The position numbers and the translations under genes are program-made. 36,675 bases of DNA from a virus: IMG/VR virus record IMGVR_UViG_3300045988_072490; one strand, written 5' to 3'. Shown in pieces: positions 6,912-14,868 of the stretch; within the stretch, counting starts at the first letter, position 1, and every line of letters begins with the position of its first letter. Under the pieces are notes generated by a model. It saw only the letters and a list, made by a program, of their open reading frames with translations. It was not told the DNA's origin and did no database searches.

Positions 6912-8903
6912 ATGATTAACCCAATTTACATAGATTTTGAAACGTATTCCAGTGAGGACATAAAGACGGGCGGCGCGTACAGATATACGGCTGCAATCGA
7001 CTTTGAAATACTCCTGGTAGGTTACGCGATTGGGGACGGTGATGTAGTTATAGTAGATGTTGCGAATGATGCACCCAGGTGGAGAAGATTTAAAGACCTT
7101 ATACAAGATGAACGCTACACGATAGTAGCGCACAACGCGCAATTTGAAAGATTGTGCCTAGAGGCCTACGGCATACGCATCCCGGCAAAGAGATTCTTAT
7201 GCACCGCGTCACTGGCATTATATGCGGGTTTCCCCGAATCGCTTAAAATGGTATCCTCCGCGCTGAACCTGAAGGAAGGAAAGAAGGGCACCGGACTAGC
7301 CCTAATAAAATTCTTTTGCCTTCCACAGCAGGATAAGGCCGGAAACACCTACCGGAATTACATGAATGACTTTCCCGAGAAGGCCGAGGAATTTATAGAC
7401 TATCTCCGTTATGATGTACTATCAGAACGCGAGGCGTACCACAGGTTAGAATATTGCGACTTTCCCGAATCGGAAAGGGAAGTATATGCGCTAGACCAAT
7501 ATATTAATGACGCCGGGATAAAGATAGATACAGAGCTAGCCACGAATGCGGAGAAGATTAACAACGAGTTTTGCGACGGGCTGAAACACCGCATAAAAGA
7601 CCTGTACGGAATATCCTCTCTAAAGTCAACCGCGCAACTGAAGAATTTTTGCCTTATCCGCACCGGAAAGAATTTCGATTCATTCCGGAAAGAGGATATA
7701 GACGCTATTATAGAGGAGTGCAACGACGAACAAGTAGCGGACGTATTAGAATCACGGAAGATTATCAATAAGACCAGCAACGCCAAATATACGTCAATGC
7801 TAAATTGCGTATGTCCGGACGGGCGCGTACATGGATTGTACCGTTACTATGGGGCGGGGCGTACAGGCCGTTTTGCGGGGCGCCTAGTGCAGATGCAGAA
7901 CCTACCGCGCAATTATATAACGGAGCTAGACGCGTGCCGTGATGACGCTAAGAAGGGCGATTTAAGTACGTTCGAAATGTTTTGGGGCGATGCGCCGGGA
8001 ATGCTTTCCCAACTTATCCGCACCGCCTTTATCGCCGACACGGGAAAGGTGTTCGTAGTAGCGGACTATTCCGCAATCGAGGCGCGTGTATTGGCGGGCC
8101 TGGCCCGTGAAGAATGGCGCCTTGACGCCTTCCGTAATGGAAAGGACATATATGTAGTATCCGCTAGCCGTACATTCAGTCTACCGGAAAATCAATGTGG
8201 TAAAGGCACTCATTACAGGCAGCAAGGAAAGGTAACAGAGTTGGCACTAGGGTACGAAGGTTGGGTAGGGGCTATGGAAGTTATGGACTATGAAAAATCA
8301 ATCGACCCGGCTCTATACAAGGATATCATACTACGTTGGCGCGACGCTTCCCCGCGAATAGTGGAATTTTGGGGGACCTTGGATTCTAAGGCAAAACTTT
8401 GCATACGTAACAAAAAGAGGGTAGATGTAATAGTGTACGGTGTATGGGTGTGCGCGTTCGAGTGGTTCACAGAAAACAATTCACTTGCTATCCTGTTACC
8501 TTCCGGGCGCCGCCTGTTTTACCCGGAATGCCGGATAAAGACAAAAACAATAAAGGGTAGGGAACGCAGCGTTATATCATACATGGGAACAAACCTAGTC
8601 GGGAAATGGGCCGAGTTGGACACATACGGCGGAAAGCTGACCGAGAATATAACACAGGCGGTTAGCCGCGATTTGTTAGTACATGGAATGCAAACCATAA
8701 GAGAGAGATTTCCGGATGTGGATATAGTGGGGCATATACATGATGAGACGGTTAACGAGGTGCCTCTAGACGATTTTGGGGAACCAACCGTAACATTACG
8801 GGAGATTTGCCAAGCTATGGCGACTACACCGGAATGGGCCGAGCCATTTGGCATCCCGTTGAACGCGGAAGGATTTATAAGTAATTACTACAAAAAAGAT
8901 TAG
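6912..8903 (+). CDS. Family A DNA polymerase with 3'-5' exonuclease domain (663 aa from ATG 6912)
   Basis: Exo motifs IDFETYS and HNAQFE. Pol motifs ADYSAIEARVLA (A), RQQGKVTELALGYEG (B) and HIHDETV (C). Start moved from 6849 because that ATG lies inside the terminator hairpin. Confidence 0.9.
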   Translation: MINPIYIDFETYSSEDIKTGGAYRYTAAIDFEILLVGYAIGDGDVVIVDVANDAPRWRRFKDLIQDERYTIVAHNAQFERLCLEAYGIRIPAKRFLCTASLALYAGFPESLKMVSSALNLKEGKKGTGLALIKFFCLPQQDKAGNTYRNYMNDFPEKAEEFIDYLRYDVLSEREAYHRLEYCDFPESEREVYALDQYINDAGIKIDTELATNAEKINNEFCDGLKHRIKDLYGISSLKSTAQLKNFCLIRTGKNFDSFRKEDIDAIIEECNDEQVADVLESRKIINKTSNAKYTSMLNCVCPDGRVHGLYRYYGAGRTGRFAGRLVQMQNLPRNYITELDACRDDAKKGDLSTFEMFWGDAPGMLSQLIRTAFIADTGKVFVVADYSAIEARVLAGLAREEWRLDAFRNGKDIYVVSASRTFSLPENQCGKGTHYRQQGKVTELALGYEGWVGAMEVMDYEKSIDPALYKDIILRWRDASPRIVEFWGTLDSKAKLCIRNKKRVDVIVYGVWVCAFEWFTENNSLAILLPSGRRLFYPECRIKTKTIKGRERSVISYMGTNLVGKWAELDTYGGKLTENITQAVSRDLLVHGMQTIRERFPDVDIVGHIHDETVNEVPLDDFGEPTVTLREICQAMATTPEWAEPFGIPLNAEGFISNYYKKD

Positions 8904-8905
8904 CT

Positions 8906-11287
8906 ATGAATAAGTACACATTGTCGGTTGCAGGTAGTTCAGCGTCTTTAAAATGGTCTACTGTCAGATATACGTGGGAGGATTTTTTGGAGCGCCTCAA
9001 ACGAGATATACGCGGTACAGAGACTATGCGAGAGTTTGACCGCCTCGACCGCACCGCTCGCGCCAATTTGAAAGATGTTGGCGGATATATGGCGGGGGAA
9101 CTTTCCGGTGCTAGACGTCTTAAAAGTGCGGTATTATCACGGTCTATGATAACATTAGACGTTGACTATGCTGACGGTCTTTTTCCTGTGGAATTTGATA
9201 CTAGGTTTCCCGGTGTAGCAGCCGTTATATACAATACACGTTCAGACCGGGAAAAGAGCAGGCGGTTCCGTGTGGTTATTCCGTTCGCCGAAGAAGTGCA
9301 GGACGCGGCGCAATACGAAGCCGCAGCGCGTAAAATGGCGGAATTGCTAGGTATAGACTTGTTCGACCCTACCACATTCCAAGCCGAACGGATGATGTAT
9401 TGGCAATCTCTCTCATCAGACCAACCGAAAGTTTTCGAAGTGTTCGAGGGTGAGCCTATCAGCGCCGAATACCTGTTATCCCTGTACGGGAATAACGAGG
9501 AGTGGCGAGATATCCGTAATTGGGCGTTCAAGTCAGACCAGGAGAAAGAGACACGCGCAATTGTCAGTAAGGCAATGGCGCAGAACCCCCGCGAAAAGGC
9601 GGGTCTAGTAGGGGCGTTTTGCCGGGCTTATTCCGTTCCGGCGGCTATCGAAAAGTACCTTTCGGACGTGTACGAGATAGCGCCGGGAAACGACCGTTAC
9701 ACTTACAAGGCGGGGCATAGTGTGGGCGGTATGATAGTATTTGACGACCTATTTTGCTTCTCGTACCACTCCACCGACCCGATTTCAGACGGGCACGCCT
9801 ATAACGCCTACGACCTTGTACGTGTGCACAAGTTCGGGCACCTAGGTAAAGGGGGTAGCACGAAGGCGATGAACAAGCTAGTTTGCGAAGATAAGGACTG
9901 TGTTAAGGACTTGATTACGCCGGATGCCGATTTAAACGACTTCGAAGATTACGGGGATGCGGTGAAGTCAGATATAACCGAGGAAGTTACCGACCTTGTG
10001 TGGGATTTAGACGGAAAAGGGAACAAGCAAGTAACTGTTAACAACTTCGTTAACGCGTTCAAGTCCGACCCCCTGTTAAATGGGCTGCTGGCTTATGACA
10101 TGCTAAAGGAGACGATAGTATTTACCCGCCCGTCATTCACCGCCAAGGGAAGCAAGAAGGGCGACCCAGTCAATGATACGGATATCTCCATTATCAAGGG
10201 GCGTATAGAGCGCATGCACAGGATATACAATGATGCCAAGCTGAACGACGCAATAGAACAGGTTAGCAGTGATAACGCGTTCCACCCAATCAAATTGTAT
10301 CTAGAGTCGTTGACATGGGACGGGGTACCGCGCATTGATACATTTCTAGTTGAATATATGGGGGCCGAGGATAACGCATACACTCGCGAGGCGTTCCGGA
10401 AAATGCTGCTCGCAGCCGTTACACGTATATACGAGCCGGGGCGCAAGTTCGACACCGCTCTAGTATTCTATTCCGAGCAGGGTGTAGGAAAGTCAACACT
10501 TATCCAACGACTTTCAAAAGGGTGGTTCAATGATTCGTTAACCAACCTATCCGGAAAAGAATCATACGAGGCTATCCAATTTGCGTGGCTCGTGGAGCTA
10601 GCCGAGCTATCGGCCCTACGAAAATCGGACGTTGAGGCGGTGAAGAACTTTATATCTAAGCGGGAAGATACGTATAGGGGCGCATACGCTAGACGCGTGA
10701 AAACTCATAAGAGACAATGCGTATTTTTCGGCTCGACGAATGATGACGAATTTCTGAAGGATGCGACCGGAAACAGACGGTTTTTTCCCGTGGGGGTGAA
10801 ACGCACGAGGAAAACCCGCCTTATATTTGAGCCGGAATTTGATGCCATTGTAGACCAACTTTGGGCGGAAGCAATGGAGGGGTACATGTTAGGTGAAGCC
10901 CTCACACTATCGGATGAAGCGGAAGCCATTGCCGGCGGAACGCGCGAGGAGTTCACAGAGCGCACACCGATACAAGGTCTTATAGAGGAATACCTAGATA
11001 GATTGTTCCCAGCTGACTATGAAGATAGATTTCTAGCGCAACGCCTAGATTTCCTTAACGGTGATTTAGGGGAGGAAGGAACGGAAACTAAAAACTCTTT
11101 CAGTCTTATAGAGTTGTGGACGGAAGCGCTAGGAAGGCGGAAAGACGAGTACACAGTAGTTAAGGCTAGAGAGCTATCCAACGCGGTTAAAGCCTTGAAA
11201 GGTTGGAAGCGTGACAAGCAGGCCCGACAGAAAATATACGGCCCGCAGGTTATTTATAGGCGAGTAGGGGCAGATATTATAAAATAA
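8906..11287 (+). CDS. Primase-polymerase / VirE-family helicase fusion (793 aa)
   Basis: N-terminal AEP-like ITLDVDYAD and ...YHSTDP...GHAYNAYD. C-terminal VirE-like P-loop SEQGVGKSTLIQ and ...GNRRFFPV. Confidence 0.85.
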   Translation: MNKYTLSVAGSSASLKWSTVRYTWEDFLERLKRDIRGTETMREFDRLDRTARANLKDVGGYMAGELSGARRLKSAVLSRSMITLDVDYADGLFPVEFDTRFPGVAAVIYNTRSDREKSRRFRVVIPFAEEVQDAAQYEAAARKMAELLGIDLFDPTTFQAERMMYWQSLSSDQPKVFEVFEGEPISAEYLLSLYGNNEEWRDIRNWAFKSDQEKETRAIVSKAMAQNPREKAGLVGAFCRAYSVPAAIEKYLSDVYEIAPGNDRYTYKAGHSVGGMIVFDDLFCFSYHSTDPISDGHAYNAYDLVRVHKFGHLGKGGSTKAMNKLVCEDKDCVKDLITPDADLNDFEDYGDAVKSDITEEVTDLVWDLDGKGNKQVTVNNFVNAFKSDPLLNGLLAYDMLKETIVFTRPSFTAKGSKKGDPVNDTDISIIKGRIERMHRIYNDAKLNDAIEQVSSDNAFHPIKLYLESLTWDGVPRIDTFLVEYMGAEDNAYTREAFRKMLLAAVTRIYEPGRKFDTALVFYSEQGVGKSTLIQRLSKGWFNDSLTNLSGKESYEAIQFAWLVELAELSALRKSDVEAVKNFISKREDTYRGAYARRVKTHKRQCVFFGSTNDDEFLKDATGNRRFFPVGVKRTRKTRLIFEPEFDAIVDQLWAEAMEGYMLGEALTLSDEAEAIAGGTREEFTERTPIQGLIEEYLDRLFPADYEDRFLAQRLDFLNGDLGEEGTETKNSFSLIELWTEALGRRKDEYTVVKARELSNAVKALKGWKRDKQARQKIYGPQVIYRRVGADIIK

Positions 11288-11367
11288 CGGGTATCTTTGC
11301 CGCGAGAGAATCAATTACTACTCATTCAATCCCTCACCGACTACGATTTAAGGGGTTTACAGTTCAG

Positions 11368-11395
11368 AAAGGAGACGTTGCGAAACGTTTCCTTT
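11368..11395 (+). terminator. Hairpin terminator after the polymerase-primase operon
   Basis: AAAGGAGACGTT (11368-11379), loop GCGA, AACGTTTCCTTT (11384-11395), then TCTTTATTT. Confidence 0.65.
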
Positions 11396-11435
11396 TCTTT
11401 ATTTGTGTTAAATCTACAAAGTTTTTTCTCAAAAA

Positions 11436-11467
11436 GTTTTGTGATTCAAAAAGTATCCGTATCTTTG
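11436..11467 (+). promoter_or_regulatory. Promoter P2 (TTTG 11438-11441, TATCTTTG 11460-11467)
   Basis: Same 32-nt cassette as P1 and P3 (29/32 identical to P3), followed by TGTCAATAAG. Confidence 0.7.
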
Positions 11468-11509
11468 TAGTGTCAATAAGAAATTAATAACCCTTTAAAA
11501 TTAAAAGAT

Positions 11510-11761
11510 ATGGCAACTAAAGTAATAGACGAAAAGAAGAAATTTAGCTACGTAGTAACATTCAATTTGTTCGGACAAACCAACGTTAAGATATCAGTAG
11601 GTAATAAGATATACGAACTCGTGAACGTAGTCACCGACTATAACACCGCTAACGGGTGTAGCACTATCGCGGTTCTGTACGACCTTAAGGCTCTTAAGTA
11701 CATAGCCGTCGATATACAGGACAAGAAGATTAACAGTAAAGAATGTGTAGTAATCGGGTAA
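11510..11761 (+). CDS. Hypothetical protein (83 aa) in a self-contained promoter-gene-terminator unit
   Basis: ORF lies 43 nt after the P2 -7 box, with a hairpin 11 nt after the stop. Confidence 0.65.
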   Translation: MATKVIDEKKKFSYVVTFNLFGQTNVKISVGNKIYELVNVVTDYNTANGCSTIAVLYDLKALKYIAVDIQDKKINSKECVVIG

Positions 11762-11771
11762 TCATTATCCA

Positions 11772-11789
11772 GGGCGGGGCAACCCGCCT
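11772..11789 (+). terminator. Small GC hairpin after ORF 11510..11761
   Basis: GGGCGGG, loop GCAA, CCCGCCT, followed by ATAAAAATT. Confidence 0.5.
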
Positions 11790-11823
11790 ATAAAAATTAA
11801 TAGTCCTTTAAAATTAAAGAATC

Positions 11824-12126
11824 ATGAAAATTAAAGTAACATTTCGCCCCCTAGGGGGAGAAGACACAACGGTAACAATGGAGATTTCACAAGGAGCTAT
11901 TGCAGACATAGCAAAAAGCGGTTGTATCACGGATATTGTTAACGGGGCGTTCGCCAAATCGGGGGTCCGTGCGCGATACGGATCCGCGAGAAAAATAAAA
12001 AATAGAATATCAGGATCATTAATACCATACGTACATGAAAAAGAAGATACTTACATTTTTAACATACCTATTTTGGGCCCTAGCTTTCGTAGCGTTTATA
12101 TTAATATTTTGCGAACCAACAACTAA
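11824..12126 (+). CDS. Hypothetical protein (100 aa)
   Basis: ORF preceded by the shared leader motif CCTTTAAAATTAAAG. The C-terminal ~30 codons overlap an alternative-frame membrane-peptide ORF. Confidence 0.55.
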   Translation: MKIKVTFRPLGGEDTTVTMEISQGAIADIAKSGCITDIVNGAFAKSGVRARYGSARKIKNRISGSLIPYVHEKEDTYIFNIPILGPSFRSVYINILRTNN

Positions 12127-12133
12127 TATATAA
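12035..12133 (+). CDS. Candidate small membrane peptide (32 aa, MKKKILTFLTYLFWALAFVAFILIFCEPTTNI)
   Basis: Hand-translated ORF below the ORF-track cutoff. MKKK plus a ~20-residue hydrophobic helix; the stop lies 3 nt before the next ATG (12137). Confidence 0.35.
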   Translation: MKKKILTFLTYLFWALAFVAFILIFCEPTTNI

Positions 12134-12136
12134 ATT

Positions 12137-12373
12137 ATGTTTGAAATTTTAAAGGTAACCGCTATATTCGAAAGCGGTAGGGCAGTCAAGTACCGGGGGG
12201 AGGAAATAACCGCCCTTATGGGAACCCCCGAAGTATCCCACATAGGTACAGCCCGGAAAATTATATGGGCCCGTATAAAAGACCTCCAAGAAGAACCCCG
12301 TAACGAGGCTCTAGGAGCCGTAAAGAGGGTTATACTAGTGTACAGGGAGAAAGAACAAAGTATTAACCGATAA
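12137..12373 (+). CDS. Hypothetical protein (78 aa)
   Basis: + strand ORF in the compact early island; the antisense ORF 12019..12429 looks like junk. Confidence 0.55.
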   Translation: MFEILKVTAIFESGRAVKYRGEEITALMGTPEVSHIGTARKIIWARIKDLQEEPRNEALGAVKRVILVYREKEQSINR

Positions 12374-12383
12374 TAGACAAGTA

Positions 12384-12662
12384 ATGAGTAACAGAAAGAA
12401 ACTAAGAGGACCCAGAGACGGCGCCACACGTATCACCCCGGACAAGTCAATGAAGGGCACATTTTGCGGCCTGTACAAATTGGAAACCTACGATAAGAAG
12501 TCGGACAATTGGAACACCCTAGAGGGATGCAGTAATTTAACGTGGGGGCAGGCAGTCATAGCCCGTACCAATTATACCGCGTTACGGAGGGAATGCAAGA
12601 TAGCTAACAATACCGTTATACGGATAGTAAGACCGGGAATCGATGAAGGCAACGGAAACTAG
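12384..12662 (+). CDS. Hypothetical protein (92 aa)
   Basis: + strand ORF whose end overlaps the VRR-NUC start by 20 nt. Confidence 0.55.
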   Translation: MSNRKKLRGPRDGATRITPDKSMKGTFCGLYKLETYDKKSDNWNTLEGCSNLTWGQAVIARTNYTALRRECKIANNTVIRIVRPGIDEGNGN

Positions 12663-12957
12663 CGAAAAAGCGTTTGAACGTACTTTATCTAAGTACGTCA
12701 ACGACAAAGGAGGGATAGCGGTAAAGTTGCTATCCCAATTTGTTAACGGGCTGCCCGACCGCCTGTACTTGATACCAGGAGGGAATGCGCTCTTTGTCGA
12801 GTTCAAGAGCATCGGAAAGAAACCAACCAAGATACAGGAGCATATTATAAACCGGATACGAAAGGTAGGATTTTCCGTTATGGTGGTGGATAGCCCGGAA
12901 GCATACAAAAATGCTGTTTTGTACATTGATATGTTACTAGGCGTTAATATCGAATGA
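12643..12957 (+). CDS. VRR-NUC domain nuclease (104 aa)
   Basis: GLPDRLYL...LFVEFKS...KPTKIQ fits the PD...ExK...Q pattern of VRR-NUC. This is its expected place in the DUF2800/PolA/VirE/SNF2 module. Confidence 0.8.
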   Translation: MKATETSEKAFERTLSKYVNDKGGIAVKLLSQFVNGLPDRLYLIPGGNALFVEFKSIGKKPTKIQEHIINRIRKVGFSVMVVDSPEAYKNAVLYIDMLLGVNIE

Positions 12958-12991
12958 ACTGATATAACGAATGTTAATGTTTTGACAAAAA

Positions 12992-13023
12992 GTTTTGTAG
13001 TTCAAAAGGTATCCGTATCTTTG
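12992..13023 (+). promoter_or_regulatory. Promoter P3 (TTTG 12994-12997, TATCTTTG 13016-13023)
   Basis: Same 32-nt cassette as P1 and P2, followed by TGTCAAAAGG. Confidence 0.7.
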
Positions 13024-13061
13024 AAGTGTCAAAAGGAAATAACCACTTAAAATTAGAAGAT

Positions 13062-13241
13062 ATGAAAAAGTTAGAAAAATCAATTTTGAAAGCAATCGGT
13101 AGCGGACTAAAGAAGACAAGAGACATAATACCCTATGTAGGTTGCGAATGCGAGTACAAAAACTTCTGCGAGGCTATCGCGAAACTATTGATAGAAGGGA
13201 AAATAGTTTACGGCGCAGACGGATATACATTAAGCAAATAA
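13062..13241 (+). CDS. Small winged-helix-like DNA-binding protein candidate (59 aa from ATG 13062)
   Basis: MKKLEKSILKAIGSGLKKTRDIIPYV...FCEAIAKLLIEGKIVYGADGYTL has a wHTH-like layout. The start was chosen by aligning the leader to P2; the track start 13026 (GTG) lies 3 nt after the -7 box. Confidence 0.55.
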   Translation: MKKLEKSILKAIGSGLKKTRDIIPYVGCECEYKNFCEAIAKLLIEGKIVYGADGYTLSK

Positions 13242-13251
13242 ATAATAACCC

Positions 13252-13269
13252 GGGCGGGTAACACCGCCC
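13252..13269 (+). terminator. GC hairpin after ORF 13062..13241
   Basis: GGGCGG (13252-13257), loop GTAACA, CCGCCC (13264-13269). No strong T tract follows. Confidence 0.4.
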
Positions 13270-13285
13270 ACAACACCCAAAAGAT

Positions 13286-13711
13286 ATGAAAAAGTTAATT
13301 AGTATTTTAGTAGTAGTTTTGTTTGCAGTTAGTGCAATGGCGCAAGTATCTAGCCAGTCCGGGAAATTGGAGGTTATGAAGTCGTTCCGCCTAGGCACGT
13401 GTAAGTTAGTGAAGGTAGAGAAGGAAGGCGCGGTAGCGTATCAGATAACCGCCCTGATAGCGAATGCCACGTCACACGAGTTAGATATACCATTGGGGGA
13501 TAAAGACGCCGCTACGGCCCTATTAACGTCCCTAGCGGAATATAAACCGACCAAGGGTGAAGTAGTCAATCTTAATAACGTGGACGGAAATACGGCTACC
13601 TATTCAAAGTTTAACGGCACGTGGCAGATATACGGACGCGGTCGCACTCTGTACATAGTAGTGAGCAGAAAGGAATTGTCAACAATGGCTAAAGTAATAG
13701 GAGGCAAATAA
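13286..13711 (+). CDS. Secreted or periplasmic protein with N-terminal signal peptide (141 aa)
   Basis: MKKLISILVVVLFAVSAMA/QVSS is a classic signal peptide with an AxA cleavage site. Confidence 0.65.
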   Translation: MKKLISILVVVLFAVSAMAQVSSQSGKLEVMKSFRLGTCKLVKVEKEGAVAYQITALIANATSHELDIPLGDKDAATALLTSLAEYKPTKGEVVNLNNVDGNTATYSKFNGTWQIYGRGRTLYIVVSRKELSTMAKVIGGK

Positions 13712-13712
13712 T

Positions 13713-14174
13713 ATGGAGACCACAGAAAGAAACTATAACGAGCTATACGGTAACGGAAATGAGTATCTAAAGGTTTTCGTACATGCGGGACTGCATAACA
13801 TATATGAAGCGACCAACGTAAAGACAATGGAACGGAAACGATTCAACTCCCTTAAGGACCTGGAAACATATCTATACAATAAAGAGTATCACCTTATTAT
13901 GACAGACCGTGCTACGATATTCGCCCGTAACATCATGGAGGGTGTCTCGCCGTTATCCCTTATGGACCTGACCACCAGGCGCGACGGGACACTGAAAGAG
14001 ATTTGTTTCCAACGCGGAGACAGAACGTACACCGGGTGGATAATAGGCAAAAACCTATGTGATAAGCGGGAAGTGGTTGTCAGATGCAATTGCCCCGGCG
14101 CCTATACGAACGCTACCGGACATAAGACCGTAACGGTACCCGTCGAGAATATTATATTATTGTCGGATTATTAA
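13713..14174 (+). CDS. Hypothetical protein (153 aa)
   Basis: ORF starts 2 nt after the previous stop; no recognisable motif. Confidence 0.6.
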   Translation: METTERNYNELYGNGNEYLKVFVHAGLHNIYEATNVKTMERKRFNSLKDLETYLYNKEYHLIMTDRATIFARNIMEGVSPLSLMDLTTRRDGTLKEICFQRGDRTYTGWIIGKNLCDKREVVVRCNCPGAYTNATGHKTVTVPVENIILLSDY

Positions 14175-14186
14175 TTTACTAGAGAC

Positions 14187-14618
14187 ATGGAAGAATTTAA
14201 TAAGAAACTTAAAGTAGACCGCGTGAATCAGTTCGGGCACCTGGTTAAGGCTATGGCGCACGGGACGCCAACCGAGGGATACGCAATCGGGGACGCTATT
14301 AAGGCCCTTCCGGATAACCTGCAACAATACTTGTTGTCCGAGGTACCCGACCGGATACTACGCAAAGAGCATACACGCAGGGGCCTCAACGACCTAACGA
14401 CGACCCCGTACGAAGGTATCGACGAATTGAGGGAAACGTACACGGATGTAGTATTCAAGGCCAACCCGGCTAGAGAGTTGTGCAACCTGTTAGACATCAG
14501 GTCAGCCTTTCCCGATATACTGGATGTAATAGACGAAGTACTGAAATTATTTCCGGAACGGTTCACACGGAAGGACCTTGCGAACGAGTTGTATATGGAC
14601 GAGATAGGAATGAGATAA
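14187..14618 (+). CDS. Hypothetical protein (143 aa)
   Basis: + strand ORF in the early island; no recognisable motif. Confidence 0.6.
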   Translation: MEEFNKKLKVDRVNQFGHLVKAMAHGTPTEGYAIGDAIKALPDNLQQYLLSEVPDRILRKEHTRRGLNDLTTTPYEGIDELRETYTDVVFKANPARELCNLLDIRSAFPDILDVIDEVLKLFPERFTRKDLANELYMDEIGMR

Positions 14619-14640
14619 TATCAATTAAAAATTTAATGGC

Positions 14641-14868
14641 ATGAGTAATAGAGCTAATAGTTATATGTGTGTAGGCACCACGTTTGAGAAGGACGGTACA
14701 ACCTACGTAGTAAGAGAGGCGAACGATAACCTCTGTAAGGGGTGTGCATTTTACAGTATCAACGAAGAAGGCGCGCCCGAATGCAAGGGGCTTGACTTCC
14801 TGTGTGACGAAGGCTGCCGAGAAGACGAGAAGAACGTAGTGTTCCAAACAATCAACAAGGGGGAATAA
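14641..14868 (+). CDS. Small Cys-rich protein (75 aa, 6 Cys), possible zinc-binding protein
   Basis: C10, C32-x2-C35, C48, C55-x3-C59. Its stop overlaps the SNF2 helicase ATG (TAATG). Confidence 0.55.
   Translation: MSNRANSYMCVGTTFEKDGTTYVVREANDNLCKGCAFYSINEEGAPECKGLDFLCDEGCREDEKNVVFQTINKGE

Noticed and set aside
11292-11400. TATCTTTG box (11292-11299) right after the primase stop, plus the hairpin at 11368-11395, as a ~90-nt sRNA gene
   Set aside because: There is no TTTG at -33 and none of the shared TGTCAATA downstream motif. The hairpin is adequately explained as the terminator of the polymerase-primase operon. RNA-seq would settle this.
13026-13061. GTG start at 13026 for the 71-aa ORF
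   Set aside because: It lies 3 nt after the P3 -7 box, so probably upstream of the transcription start. The leader aligns with the P2 leader and places the start at ATG 13062.
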